From IMG/VR virus record IMGVR_UViG_3300013426_000023, positions 32,001 through 96,000 of that record: 64,000 nt of DNA; one strand, 5' to 3'. Position 1 is the stretch's first letter, and each line of letters starts with the position of its first letter. Positions 10,039-20,118 of this stretch are shown piece by piece. The translations under genes were made by a program, and so were the position numbers. The notes beneath the pieces were generated by a model. The model saw only the letters and a program-made list of their open reading frames with translations. It was not told where the DNA came from and did not search any database. The DNA comes from a virus (lineage: Duplodnaviria; Caudoviricetes).

Positions 10039-10526
10039 CTCTTAAATTCCATTTTTTTGAAATCAAGTATATATTTATACTTATTAAAGAACTTAGAACC
10101 TAATATACCATGCAATGTAACGCCTGTTGTTTGTTTTACAATATTAAATGTTTGAGTTAAATTATTAACAAGAAATTCTTCCTTATAATTCTTTTCATTA
10201 TAGTATAAAGTGATATATCCTGATTTAGCACTTACAGGATTACCTTCCATACCATATATATTATGAGGATTGTCTATAGGTTCAAAAGGAATCTTTTTAT
10301 TAACAACTAAATTTTCATTAATGATACAATTAGTACTTCCTGTATCTAATAAAAAATTAAATTTATTGTTTCCAATATAAAAAGTCACAATAGGCATATC
10401 TGTTAATTCAAAAGATTGTCTAAAAGACATAGTATCTTTGTTATGAACATAGGAAGTATAAAAGATATATATTCCACATGACATTAACAAAAGATATAGA
10501 AATACTGTTATATATATCCAAATCAT
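10035..10526 (-). CDS. Membrane-anchored retropepsin-like aspartic protease
   Basis: N-terminal hydrophobic helix, FLLDTGS and GILG motifs. Confidence 0.85.
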   Translation of the reverse strand: MIWIYITVFLYLLLMSCGIYIFYTSYVHNKDTMSFRQSFELTDMPIVTFYIGNNKFNFLLDTGSTNCIINENLVVNKKIPFEPIDNPHNIYGMEGNPVSAKSGYITLYYNEKNYKEEFLVNNLTQTFNIVKQTTGVTLHGILGSKFFNKYKYILDFKKMEFKR

Positions 10527-11005
10527 CTTACTCCTGTACTACCAAAACCACCTCTATTATTACCAAGATTATCTACCTTGACAATCTTAACACCATTACT
10601 AAATAACCACTTTAATTTCTGCCATATAGTAGCTTTTTGTGACAACTGAATCCTAAACTGACAGATTCTATCTCCTTTGTGAATAGTAGTAGCTTTCAAA
10701 GCTTTTGCAGGAAACTTCCATTCATCATTGTTACCTTGATATAACCAATCAATAATACCCTCAGAGTTAATACACATGATGTTAAATTTCTTAGGAGTAC
10801 TACTTCTTGGCAATACATGAGCTTCAAAACCTTTAGGTAGTTGCATTGCAATTCCAAGTGGAATATATTTAATCTTTCTTGATTGAACCTCTGTACCTTT
10901 GAACTCAACATCCTCAGCAGCTCTAAGGTCAATCCAATCACCTTCCTTGATAATTTCAGGAAGACTACCTTTCACTAATTCCTTTACTTTAATTTTCATT
11001 TTCAT
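10523..11005 (-). CDS. dut: Trimeric dUTPase
   Basis: DWIDL, PRSS, GIID..YQG, GDRICQ, RGGFGSTG. Confidence 0.93.
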   Translation of the reverse strand: MKMKIKVKELVKGSLPEIIKEGDWIDLRAAEDVEFKGTEVQSRKIKYIPLGIAMQLPKGFEAHVLPRSSTPKKFNIMCINSEGIIDWLYQGNNDEWKFPAKALKATTIHKGDRICQFRIQLSQKATIWQKLKWLFSNGVKIVKVDNLGNNRGGFGSTGVR

Positions 11006-11528
11006 TTAATTGATTTAATTTATTAAACTTATATGTTAAGTCTGTTAAAACTATCTCATTTTTATTCATATTTTCGGTTCTAACCATATCTATTTTATAG
11101 AATCTTTGATTAGTATTTATATTATTTAATCCTCCCATAGAATTTATGTAAGAACCTACTTTTATATAGTCAAGTACTAATAAAGATGTTTTATTAATGG
11201 AAGTAATTAAATCTTCACCACTATACCAAGCTCTTTTTATATTAGGATATTTTACCATTATATGAGTAAATATCTTATTTAACCATTCATAATCTTGATT
11301 TCCTCCTAATATACATATACAAGTGATACCGCTATTATATAATATCAGTCTATCAAGTTCTTCAATAGTTAAATCAATACCTTTATTTTCCCAAAGATAC
11401 TTGGAATGACAGTCTTTACAATGTATTTGACATCCAGATATACTAATACACAAAGTAACTTCATCAGGTACTTCTGAAAATGTTACTTTACTATCAATAT
11501 ATTTTAAACTATTTATCTTCCACTTCAT
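10989..11528 (-). CDS. nrdG: Anaerobic ribonucleotide reductase activase (radical SAM)
   Basis: SGCQIHCKDCHS CxxxCxxC, YIKVGSY, TNQRFY; near nrdD. Confidence 0.9.
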   Translation of the reverse strand: MKWKINSLKYIDSKVTFSEVPDEVTLCISISGCQIHCKDCHSKYLWENKGIDLTIEELDRLILYNSGITCICILGGNQDYEWLNKIFTHIMVKYPNIKRAWYSGEDLITSINKTSLLVLDYIKVGSYINSMGGLNNINTNQRFYKIDMVRTENMNKNEIVLTDLTYKFNKLNQLNENEN

Positions 11529-11901
11529 ACCATGATTTATTTAATTGATGAAAACCATAACTTATTAACTCAAGGAAGTTCTTTGTCTCTTCCTCATTAA
11601 GGTCAAGGGGTCTATCACCCACATAACCAAAATTATAGCATTCATCCTCTTCATTCCAATCAAAGGATGCTATTGCATAATTAAATTCTTTGCTTGTAAA
11701 GCAGCTCCTATGTATCCTGCACCCTGTGTTCTTTGGGTCACAATAGAACTCATGGTTTAATTTTACATAGTTCTTTTCCTTGCCAAAGTGTTCATTAGGA
11801 TAGTACTTAACTATATGCCATGAGACAACAGAAGGCTGCTTACATAAGTAAGTAGCCTTCATTATCCCTAAGTTACCAATTCTCTTAGATATTTTTTCCA
11901 T
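11509..11901 (-). CDS. Hypothetical protein inserted between nrdD and nrdG
   Basis: Likely start MEKISKRIG at 11901; overlaps both neighbours; visibly GC-richer. Confidence 0.65.
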   Translation of the reverse strand: MEKISKRIGNLGIMKATYLCKQPSVVSWHIVKYYPNEHFGKEKNYVKLNHEFYCDPKNTGCRIHRSCFTSKEFNYAIASFDWNEEDECYNFGYVGDRPLDLNEEETKNFLELISYGFHQLNKSWYEVEDK

Positions 11902-14035
11902 TACTATAAACTCTTGTTTTTTGTTCTTTCTGTCTACCATCAGACCAATTGGAAATCTTAGTTAAATACCCAATTACTCTATCCCACAATGATATATTGG
12001 TAGAACCACATTTAGGACATTTATTAAATGGTTGTTTTGCTATATAATGACAATCATTACATTCACAATTAGGAACATTAAATGTAAAGTATTGACATTT
12101 GTTATCTGCTGCATATTTAAGTATCTTATCATATTGTAGTTTACTTAGATGTGAATCTAAATTTATATGACATGCTGCACCGCCATCAAGAAAATCTCCT
12201 ATGTAATTCTTACCATGTAATCTAATCTTTTCAAAAATTGAAATATCATCGTTTGGCTTAAATATATAACTAGCATAAAGATTAGTATCTTCTGATACTT
12301 TATAACCATCTTCTTTATCCCAATTATAGTTCTTAATAGCTAAACTTTCAGCAGGTACACACTCAGTATTAAATGTACATTTTTTTGTCTTATGAAGTTT
12401 ATTTTGTTCCTGTATAGTAGAGAAGATAATCTGACAGAATTTCATATAATCTTTATTATCCCTACATTCAATTCCAAGGAACTCTGCTGCTTGATTCAAA
12501 CCATTTATGCCTATTGTAAGATATTGTTTATTCAAGTTTATGAATCCTGCTTTATATACAGGAAGTAAATTGGAATTATACATATCCCACAATAATTCAT
12601 TATATGCAGTCTGATACTTATATACTCTGTCAAGAATATTTATAAGATACTCTTGTATATCTTCATAAGGCATATCATCAATTTTATCATATCCATTACT
12701 TCTATAGCAATCTTGAATAATCCTATTGAGATTAAGAGTAATAACAGACTTACTACCTGTTTGAACTCCCATATTACCATTTGTAAAGTTAAATTCTTTG
12801 GTAGTAATCATGTTCTTTAATCTACAACAAGAAGAAAGACTATCTACAGTATCAGAAATATATGTAAAGAATGAATGTCCTCTTGCATATTCTTCTGTTA
12901 CAAAATTAGCAGAATCCTTATCAACAAATTCACCATTCTTATATACTAATGCAAATGATTCAACAGGAAAAGTTAATATACATTTAAGTCTTTCAGCATT
13001 GAACCATTGCATAAATTCTTTTTGAATCCAACTGAGTGATTCCCAATCTGGTTTAGTACCATCTGGAAAATAGAAATCACTAAACATTCCCTCAAAGAAA
13101 GGTTTATCAAAATAAGAAAAATTTACAAATGCAGATTGTAGTCCTCTTGCAGCAGCTGGTTGATTTATTGAATATATAACTTGTTGCCAATATTGATGTA
13201 TTTGTTTCCTTATTGTTTTTTGTCTTACTGAGAAACTATTAGTTATTGTTTCATCTGGCTTAAGATAAAATAAAGGTCCCCATTCTTTCTTACAAAAATA
13301 TGTAAAATAAAGCAAAAATTCTGATGTTGCAACAGCACCTGCAAACATTGCTGATGTAGCAAATATAAGATTTATATACATACCACAGAATGAATCCAAA
13401 TTCTTAGGTGCTGCACTAAGACCTCCTAAATATTTTAATCCATTTATAAGGAATGGATACATTGTTATACTACAACAATATGGAGCTACAGCACCTGCAA
13501 ATGAACTTTCATCATGCTTATATATGATATGATGTTCTAAGTCTCTTATATATTGTTTACTATCAAAATTTGGATATAATTCCCTTAATTTATCAGTAAT
13601 CATTCTTCTTGATATTTGAATGTTATCTTCTTTATGAATCTCAGCATTCAATACACCAATATTCTTACTACTTACATTACTATTATCATCAACTGTTGCA
13701 TTTGCAGTATTATTCGATTTTTTGTACTTATTGATGAAATTTTCTTTTCTTTTTGTCCATTCCCTAAGATTCTTATGTTTCTCTCTATATAGTATATAAG
13801 AATTAGCAATAATAGGATAATTACCCATAAGATAGTACTCAACAGCATCTTGAACATTTTCTGTTGTAAATTCATCAAACTTTAGACTATTTGCAAAGTC
13901 CTTAAATTCTTGTTCATTGAATTTATCTTCCTCCTTACAGGAAACAAAGGTTTTTCTAACAGCATTTACTATCTTGTTAGAATTAAATTCTACAGTATCT
14001 CCATTTCTTTTTCTTATTACATAATTTAAAGACAT
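11885..14035 (-). CDS. nrdD: Anaerobic (class III) ribonucleoside-triphosphate reductase with ATP cone
   Basis: N-terminal IRKRNG ATP cone, SSCCRL, CNDC/CPKCGS zinc site, RVIGYL glycyl-radical motif. Confidence 0.95.
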   Translation of the reverse strand: MSLNYVIRKRNGDTVEFNSNKIVNAVRKTFVSCKEEDKFNEQEFKDFANSLKFDEFTTENVQDAVEYYLMGNYPIIANSYILYREKHKNLREWTKRKENFINKYKKSNNTANATVDDNSNVSSKNIGVLNAEIHKEDNIQISRRMITDKLRELYPNFDSKQYIRDLEHHIIYKHDESSFAGAVAPYCCSITMYPFLINGLKYLGGLSAAPKNLDSFCGMYINLIFATSAMFAGAVATSEFLLYFTYFCKKEWGPLFYLKPDETITNSFSVRQKTIRKQIHQYWQQVIYSINQPAAARGLQSAFVNFSYFDKPFFEGMFSDFYFPDGTKPDWESLSWIQKEFMQWFNAERLKCILTFPVESFALVYKNGEFVDKDSANFVTEEYARGHSFFTYISDTVDSLSSCCRLKNMITTKEFNFTNGNMGVQTGSKSVITLNLNRIIQDCYRSNGYDKIDDMPYEDIQEYLINILDRVYKYQTAYNELLWDMYNSNLLPVYKAGFINLNKQYLTIGINGLNQAAEFLGIECRDNKDYMKFCQIIFSTIQEQNKLHKTKKCTFNTECVPAESLAIKNYNWDKEDGYKVSEDTNLYASYIFKPNDDISIFEKIRLHGKNYIGDFLDGGAACHINLDSHLSKLQYDKILKYAADNKCQYFTFNVPNCECNDCHYIAKQPFNKCPKCGSTNISLWDRVIGYLTKISNWSDGRQKEQKTRVYSNGKNI

Positions 14036-14054
14036 TATTTATATTATTTAAAAG

Positions 14055-15101
14055 TTATAAGTTTCTGTTTATCCAATCAACTACATCGTTTGAACCTTCA
14101 ATATTAATTCCATTAGGTACTTTTGCTCCTATAGAGAGATAATAGTTAAGCTCTTTACCTATCTCCCATGGTGCTCTTAGTTCAATTTGTTTATTCTTAC
14201 CAAGATATAAAGTACCTTCTGCTTTTGTATATGGGAAATCCCATACCAGAGGTATCATATTTGATTTTGATATTACTATATCTTTATAATTAAGAATCTC
14301 AAAGTCTTTGAAATAATCATCTTTCTCTATTACTCTTTTAAGTACTTGATAATATAATCTACATTGATAAGAATACCCCCATTCTATGAATGATTTATAG
14401 AAGTTATATGAAGGTTTATATGATGTTTTTACATCAATAGGTTGTATAGTTTTATTTTTATAATCTACTCTAATTACATCAAACATTACTACATAACCTA
14501 CATTATCAATATTAGCTTTAAACTTCAATTGATATAAGTTTTCACAATCCTCAAATGGATTATTAGGTTTAAACCAAAGTTTTGTTTGAGGGCTATTAAT
14601 AAGTGCATCTGCCATCTCATGTGCAGTATTATTAAGTTCTGTACTAATAATTTGTTTATCTTTTGCAAGATATAATAAATTATAGTAATCTGATGCTTTT
14701 TCTCTTATTACTTTAGCTCTTGTTTCTGGTTTCCAATTTAGCTGATATTTATTTACTTCTGTTTCATTAATAATAAGATTATCTGGTATCTTGTGAATAC
14801 TATCATATACATCATTATACTGATTAAATAATGATTTTACTATTGTCTCTATAGTAGATGTAATAGGTGGAAACTCTGCTACAAGATATCTTCTCTCATA
14901 TTCTTCTGGTGGGTCTGTTGTTAAGCAATCCACTAATGAACCTAACAATAAAGAAGGACTTTCAACTTTATCAAATAATGTATCTAAATGTTCAAATCCT
15001 TCTTTTGCAAACCTTGATATTGTACTATAATGAAGTTCCTTACTATTTCTATAAGTTTCTTCATCCCAGTTTAATGCTAATTCTTTAAGACTCTTCTGCA
15101 T
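14055..15101 (-). CDS. PD-(D/E)xK exonuclease (RecE/Exo VIII-like)
   Basis: YST.S.F, LLGSLVD, FD...IDVKTS, YSYQCRLY. Confidence 0.7.
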   Translation of the reverse strand: MQKSLKELALNWDEETYRNSKELHYSTISRFAKEGFEHLDTLFDKVESPSLLLGSLVDCLTTDPPEEYERRYLVAEFPPITSTIETIVKSLFNQYNDVYDSIHKIPDNLIINETEVNKYQLNWKPETRAKVIREKASDYYNLLYLAKDKQIISTELNNTAHEMADALINSPQTKLWFKPNNPFEDCENLYQLKFKANIDNVGYVVMFDVIRVDYKNKTIQPIDVKTSYKPSYNFYKSFIEWGYSYQCRLYYQVLKRVIEKDDYFKDFEILNYKDIVISKSNMIPLVWDFPYTKAEGTLYLGKNKQIELRAPWEIGKELNYYLSIGAKVPNGINIEGSNDVVDWINRNL

Positions 15102-15627
15102 ATTTCTTAAATATTTCTATAGCTTGTAATAATTGTTTCTTACTATATATCTCAAAGTAAATACTTCTTTGTCCTGTATTATTATATATATCATCAAGAT
15201 ATTGTCTAAATAACTTTTTCTTAAAATAGAAACAGTCATTTTCCATACCCTTAGCTTCAATCCAAACATCTAAATTTTTATATTTTAAATAGAAATCTGG
15301 AGTATAAGTTATTGGTAATATCTTATCTGATTTTAATGTAAGTAATTTAGGACTTGGTTTACCTAATAATTTTACTCTTTTTTTATGTTGAGAATCAGTT
15401 TCTTTATCATAAAAAGGAGTATTACTATTATGAAAATCTATAAGATGTATTTTGTGAGGCTCATATTGAGGCTTAAATCCCTGCTCAAGAAGTGTATTGT
15501 AGCACATCTTCTCAAGCATGGATTTGAAAGTAATATTCTTAGTCTTGACAATAGTTGCATTTCTAATTTTTTTATTAATCTTTTTGCTTTGTATCATCAA
15601 GTAATGTTTTAAGAATTGTTTTAGCAA
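15085..15627 (-). CDS. PD-(D/E)xK endonuclease (T7 endonuclease I/DUF1064-like)
   Basis: FKSMLE...YTPDF...WIEAKG. Confidence 0.75.
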   Translation of the reverse strand: MLKQFLKHYLMIQSKKINKKIRNATIVKTKNITFKSMLEKMCYNTLLEQGFKPQYEPHKIHLIDFHNSNTPFYDKETDSQHKKRVKLLGKPSPKLLTLKSDKILPITYTPDFYLKYKNLDVWIEAKGMENDCFYFKKKLFRQYLDDIYNNTGQRSIYFEIYSKKQLLQAIEIFKKYAEES

Positions 15628-15904
15628 TTATATTCATGTCAGAATTATCATCAACATTAATAATCTTTACATTCATTCCGTTAATCTTTTTTGAATAAAT
15701 CTTAAAATTATTCTTCTTTTTCTTCTTTTCTACAGGAACATCCTTTACATCAAGTGCATTTCTTTTCAACAAATCCTCAATAGTACCTTTATCAACTACA
15801 CTATTTGATTGCCACTTCTTACCATCTTCTGTTTTAATGATAGTTACAAATTCATTTCCTAACTTAACTTCTGAGTTAGTTCCTTTAATAAAATACTTCT
15901 TCAT
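15575..15904 (-). CDS. Hypothetical protein
   Basis: Operon context. Confidence 0.6.
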   Translation of the reverse strand: MKKYFIKGTNSEVKLGNEFVTIIKTEDGKKWQSNSVVDKGTIEDLLKRNALDVKDVPVEKKKKKNNFKIYSKKINGMNVKIINVDDNSDMNIIAKTILKTLLDDTKQKD

Positions 15905-16550
15905 ACCAATTAATTTTGTTATTTAAATGTTTATTAATTTCATCCCACAAACTATGTCTTAACTTCTGTGAAGTTCTTGCATAGTAAGAAGGATGCTTTT
16001 CTTTTATTATATAGTTATGTTTGTATATATATGGTGAGAAAGTCTGTGCAATCTCACCAAATAATACATAAACACAAGCTGTCATATATCTAGATGTATT
16101 ATAAATTACATTAGATATGAAATTTCTCCACACATTTACATGAGACATAGGATTTCCTGCTGTGCAAGTTAATGCAGAATTCAACATAAGTACCCCTTGT
16201 TTCTCCCACTCTTGAAATGAGGGGTCAAAGATAATACTATTATGTGGAATTTCATAATCAATAACTGATTCCTTTATTACTTGTAATGATGGAGATAGAT
16301 TCTCCTCAAGTGTATTACTATCATTACCAAAAGCAATTCCAGTAGCTTTCCCTAATTGTGGATATGGTGATAATCCTAATATAACTACTTTTAACTCATT
16401 CAATTCACAACGATGAAAGCAATTGAATATATCATTATAAGCAGGACAAAGTAACTTATTGCCAGAAATAGAAGGATTACAAATGCTTTTGTAGAGTTCA
16501 TTTTTATCTATTATTTTTGACCAATTACCAAAATATTCTTCAAATGTCAT
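15885..16550 (-). CDS. ung: Uracil-DNA glycosylase, family 1-like
   Basis: KVVILGLSPYPQ..ATGIAF, W..QGVLMLNSALT, HPS. The usual GQDPY reads GLSPY. Confidence 0.85.
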   Translation of the reverse strand: MTFEEYFGNWSKIIDKNELYKSICNPSISGNKLLCPAYNDIFNCFHRCELNELKVVILGLSPYPQLGKATGIAFGNDSNTLEENLSPSLQVIKESVIDYEIPHNSIIFDPSFQEWEKQGVLMLNSALTCTAGNPMSHVNVWRNFISNVIYNTSRYMTACVYVLFGEIAQTFSPYIYKHNYIIKEKHPSYYARTSQKLRHSLWDEINKHLNNKINWYEEVFY

Positions 16551-17542
16551 TTAACAACTCTATTTTGTATTTGTTTTAATGCCATGTCGAGAAGTTTATT
16601 TGTGATTTGTTCTTTCACACAACTATCTGGTAATTTAATCTTATAAGGACTATCTTCCTCTGTACCCATAAGCCCCTCATAAATCACTTTAGGAACATAT
16701 TCACATTGGAATCCAGTTTTTACATCATAAGGAATACAATTACCTTCATTATCATATTTTGCAAAATCAATAGGTAAATAAGCACAAGACCTTAATTTAC
16801 CATATTCATTATTATTTCCAAATTCACTTACTTCTCCAGGCACTGCTACTACATCAGCAGGATTTATCAAACATACAATACCAACACTGCCAAAATAATC
16901 TTTTTTTATCCAAGAACAACCTGCACTGTGTAATCCTCTACTACAAGTAACATTACTATTTGAATCACATTTTTCTCTTGGCATTGTTACCATTTCACCA
17001 ATCTTAATACTAAATTTATGACTATGAGCATCAGTAAATATAGTATCTTTTGTTATTGTACTATTTTTATCTTTTTTATCTACATTTCTATAAGTAATAA
17101 AAAATCCACTTCTCTCAATCTTTAAATCATGTTTAATAAGAAATGTATATAGTTTATTTCTACACAATTCATCAGTATTTAAACACAATAATGTCCAAAA
17201 ATTCTTTAAAGTTTCAAGAAGAATTTCATTATTATCATTTTCAGCTTTAATAATCATTTTAGCTAAATCCTTTGGAACAGATAGTGTACTTACTTCTTTC
17301 CAATAAGCACAATCATCTTCAAAAGTAAGGATTGAACTTTCTTTTAGCTCATTTATAAGCTCTTTATTAGAAGCTAATTCTTTACTTTTGTCATCAATTA
17401 ATAAAAGAACTTCTTCATCAGTCTTACATTTTCTAATTTTCTGATAAAGTTCTTCATTTACTTCTTTTGTAATGGTGCTACCATTACTTAGGGTCACTAT
17501 ACATTGATTCCCCAGCTTTAAAGTTTTTACCATAGTCAACAA
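16547..17542 (-). CDS. rIIB-like protein
   Basis: GFFITYRNV, VTMPREKCD...CSRGLH, INPADVVAVP, GKLRSCAY; follows rIIA. Confidence 0.8.
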   Translation of the reverse strand: MLTMVKTLKLGNQCIVTLSNGSTITKEVNEELYQKIRKCKTDEEVLLLIDDKSKELASNKELINELKESSILTFEDDCAYWKEVSTLSVPKDLAKMIIKAENDNNEILLETLKNFWTLLCLNTDELCRNKLYTFLIKHDLKIERSGFFITYRNVDKKDKNSTITKDTIFTDAHSHKFSIKIGEMVTMPREKCDSNSNVTCSRGLHSAGCSWIKKDYFGSVGIVCLINPADVVAVPGEVSEFGNNNEYGKLRSCAYLPIDFAKYDNEGNCIPYDVKTGFQCEYVPKVIYEGLMGTEEDSPYKIKLPDSCVKEQITNKLLDMALKQIQNRVVK

Positions 17543-19754
17543 AATATTTAATTATTTTATTATTTTGTAATTTTATAAAACATTCATTATTTATGTTTTT
17601 CTTAAATATATATAATAAGACAAATGATATTATATCATTATATAAAGTATAATTATAACAGGATAAATTCTCTGAAATATTATCTTTAATATATTTATCC
17701 GCTTTTAAATATAAATTATATAATTCTAAAATTTTATTTTTTATTTTTTCAGATTCTGCATTCGTTGAATATCCTTTTAAATCTAAATTATCTAAATTCT
17801 TTAGTATTCCAAAACATCTTCTAATTTCAGATGTATCAATAGAACCTATATCAAATATATATTTTACTCTATTAAATACACTATCAGGTAAATCTTTATA
17901 AGATACTAAACTACCTATAAGGTTATTCTTAGAATTAAGATAATCAAGTTCAGTTATTATATGATTTTTATATTGGCTATTCAATAATTTCTTATACATT
18001 GTATTATTTATTAAATAATACTCAATATCATCATTTTTAGCTAATTGAAGCACTAAATTAGAACTGCCATTACCATATTCTCCAAGTATTATTTTATGTT
18101 TATTTACAAAAAAATTATCTAAATCTTGAACTTCTTTTTTCTCTCTATAATCATTATAATATACTTTATAAAATATTAAAATATTATTTATAAACTTATT
18201 TTGTTTTATTTCATCTTTCTTATCTTGTATATATTTTTGAATTTTCTTATCATTATAATCAAGTTCTATCTTAGGAATTGAATTTAAGTCATTAAATATG
18301 TTTATACACATTGAATCCTTAACAGATTGTGGTATTTTATTATAAGTTATACTATCATATATAGTATATAGTTTGTGATAAAAAGTTTGTAAAGTATTTA
18401 AATCGCTATCTTTAAATATATATATCTGTTTATCACAAAACCTTTCTTTTATATAATTTTTTAAATAATTTGTTAATTTGGAAGTATTTTTTAATTTCAA
18501 AAATACTGTATTTGATTTTAAGCTTAATATGTTGTTACCTGTTCTTGAACTATGATTTTTAATATATATAGCAGATATAGAAAACAAATCCTTAAAATAT
18601 GTATAATATACTTTATTTAATAAATAATTTTTGATAAAATCTGTAACAAGAACGTTATTATAATAATATTTTAAATTAAAACTTACTGAATTATTACTTT
18701 CTGCTGATATATCTAAATTAAATATATTTATAAAACATGTTTTATATAATTTATTTTTTAATTCCCATAAATTAGTACAATGTTTATATTTTTCTACAAC
18801 AGGTTTAATATTTGTATTAAGTTCTTTTAAAGCTTCTCCTATTCTATTATTTATATTACTGATAGTTTCATTTGTATATTGTATAGCTTCTCTATTAGGT
18901 GTTACATTTAATTCTCCTATATTGAATTTAAATACAAAACCTGTTGTACTTAATTTATTTATTTCATTTATATATTTATTATTAACAATCTTAAGATTTA
19001 ATGGATATAATACATTTCCAAGTAATATTTTATTTGATACAGATGTATTAAGAACTTTATAATAAATATATTCTTTTATTTTATATTCATTAAAATCTTT
19101 TATACAAAAATTAATATATTTATATTTATCATGATAATTTTCATTAGATTCGCTTATGTATTTAGCAAATACATTTGGAAAAAACTTAATGTAATCTAAA
19201 GCTTTTATGTATTTACCAATGTTAGTATCATTAAAATTAACAGATACTTCTAAACCGTTTCTATCATTTGTATCAGTAGTATTAACTAAGTTAGTAATAA
19301 TATCATTATTATCTTTAGTCATGATATAAGTATACTTCTTACCATTATGATAATTAACGATAGTAGCCATATTAGATACTGCCATAGGAGTAAGATGTCC
19401 TAATCCCCACATACCAATATAATCATTACTATTCCTTTTTGATGATGCTCCAATATTACAATATAAGTTTTGAAATTCTTGCTCTGTCAAACCTGTACCA
19501 TAATCTCTTATAGTTATAGTTTTATTACTACCATTAAATAAAATAATTACAGGTTCATTTGTATTACCTGCTGCAACATGTGCATCCCAAGCATTTGAAA
19601 CAATTTCTCTTATAAATGATTCTTCTGGCATTGAATAGAAGTTAGTACTTAAAATACTTGTAATAAAACTAATATTTTCTGCTTGTATTGTTGCTTTGTA
19701 GGATTTCATTTCACCTGTTTTCTCAATGACAGATTCTAATTGTTTATATATCAT
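17484..19754 (-). CDS. rIIA-like protein (GHKL/HATPase N-terminus)
   Basis: REIVSNAWDAH, IRDYGTGL, SSKR..IGMWGLG, GELNVTPNREAIQY. Confidence 0.85.
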   Translation of the reverse strand: MIYKQLESVIEKTGEMKSYKATIQAENISFITSILSTNFYSMPEESFIREIVSNAWDAHVAAGNTNEPVIILFNGSNKTITIRDYGTGLTEQEFQNLYCNIGASSKRNSNDYIGMWGLGHLTPMAVSNMATIVNYHNGKKYTYIMTKDNNDIITNLVNTTDTNDRNGLEVSVNFNDTNIGKYIKALDYIKFFPNVFAKYISESNENYHDKYKYINFCIKDFNEYKIKEYIYYKVLNTSVSNKILLGNVLYPLNLKIVNNKYINEINKLSTTGFVFKFNIGELNVTPNREAIQYTNETISNINNRIGEALKELNTNIKPVVEKYKHCTNLWELKNKLYKTCFINIFNLDISAESNNSVSFNLKYYYNNVLVTDFIKNYLLNKVYYTYFKDLFSISAIYIKNHSSRTGNNILSLKSNTVFLKLKNTSKLTNYLKNYIKERFCDKQIYIFKDSDLNTLQTFYHKLYTIYDSITYNKIPQSVKDSMCINIFNDLNSIPKIELDYNDKKIQKYIQDKKDEIKQNKFINNILIFYKVYYNDYREKKEVQDLDNFFVNKHKIILGEYGNGSSNLVLQLAKNDDIEYYLINNTMYKKLLNSQYKNHIITELDYLNSKNNLIGSLVSYKDLPDSVFNRVKYIFDIGSIDTSEIRRCFGILKNLDNLDLKGYSTNAESEKIKNKILELYNLYLKADKYIKDNISENLSCYNYTLYNDIISFVLLYIFKKNINNECFIKLQNNKIIKYFVDYGKNFKAGESMYSDPK

Positions 19755-19787
19755 GTTATTTATTTTTAATATTCAAACAATATAAAT

Positions 19788-19810
19788 AAAAAAGGGAGGT
19801 TTTACCTCCC
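19788..19810 (-). terminator. Intrinsic terminator
   Basis: Minus strand GGGAGGT-AAA-ACCTCCC followed by T6. Confidence 0.7.
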
Positions 19811-19825
19811 AAATTTTATAATATT

Positions 19826-20095
19826 TTAAAGTAGTTCACTATACTCAGAATCAAGTAATATCCTCTTTTTATGAAGAATCTCTACTAATTTCTGAAATGG
19901 TGATTTTTTTACATTAGAAATGTTATGTTCTTTTGACTTTTGCACAACATTATCAACTTTTTTAGCTGTATTAGCTAAAATTATTTTCTCAAGTTTATCT
20001 GTTGATACCTGTGTAAAGTTTCTACCATAGAGTTTCTTTATTTTATCTTGAAGGTTAAGTCTCTTAATACCTTCATAAGCTTCTTTTCTATTCAT
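19826..20095 (-). CDS. Hypothetical protein
   Basis: 89 aa, followed by a terminator. Confidence 0.7.
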   Translation of the reverse strand: MNRKEAYEGIKRLNLQDKIKKLYGRNFTQVSTDKLEKIILANTAKKVDNVVQKSKEHNISNVKKSPFQKLVEILHKKRILLDSEYSELL

Positions 20096-20118
20096 AAATT
20101 TAATAGTTTAATTGTGAA

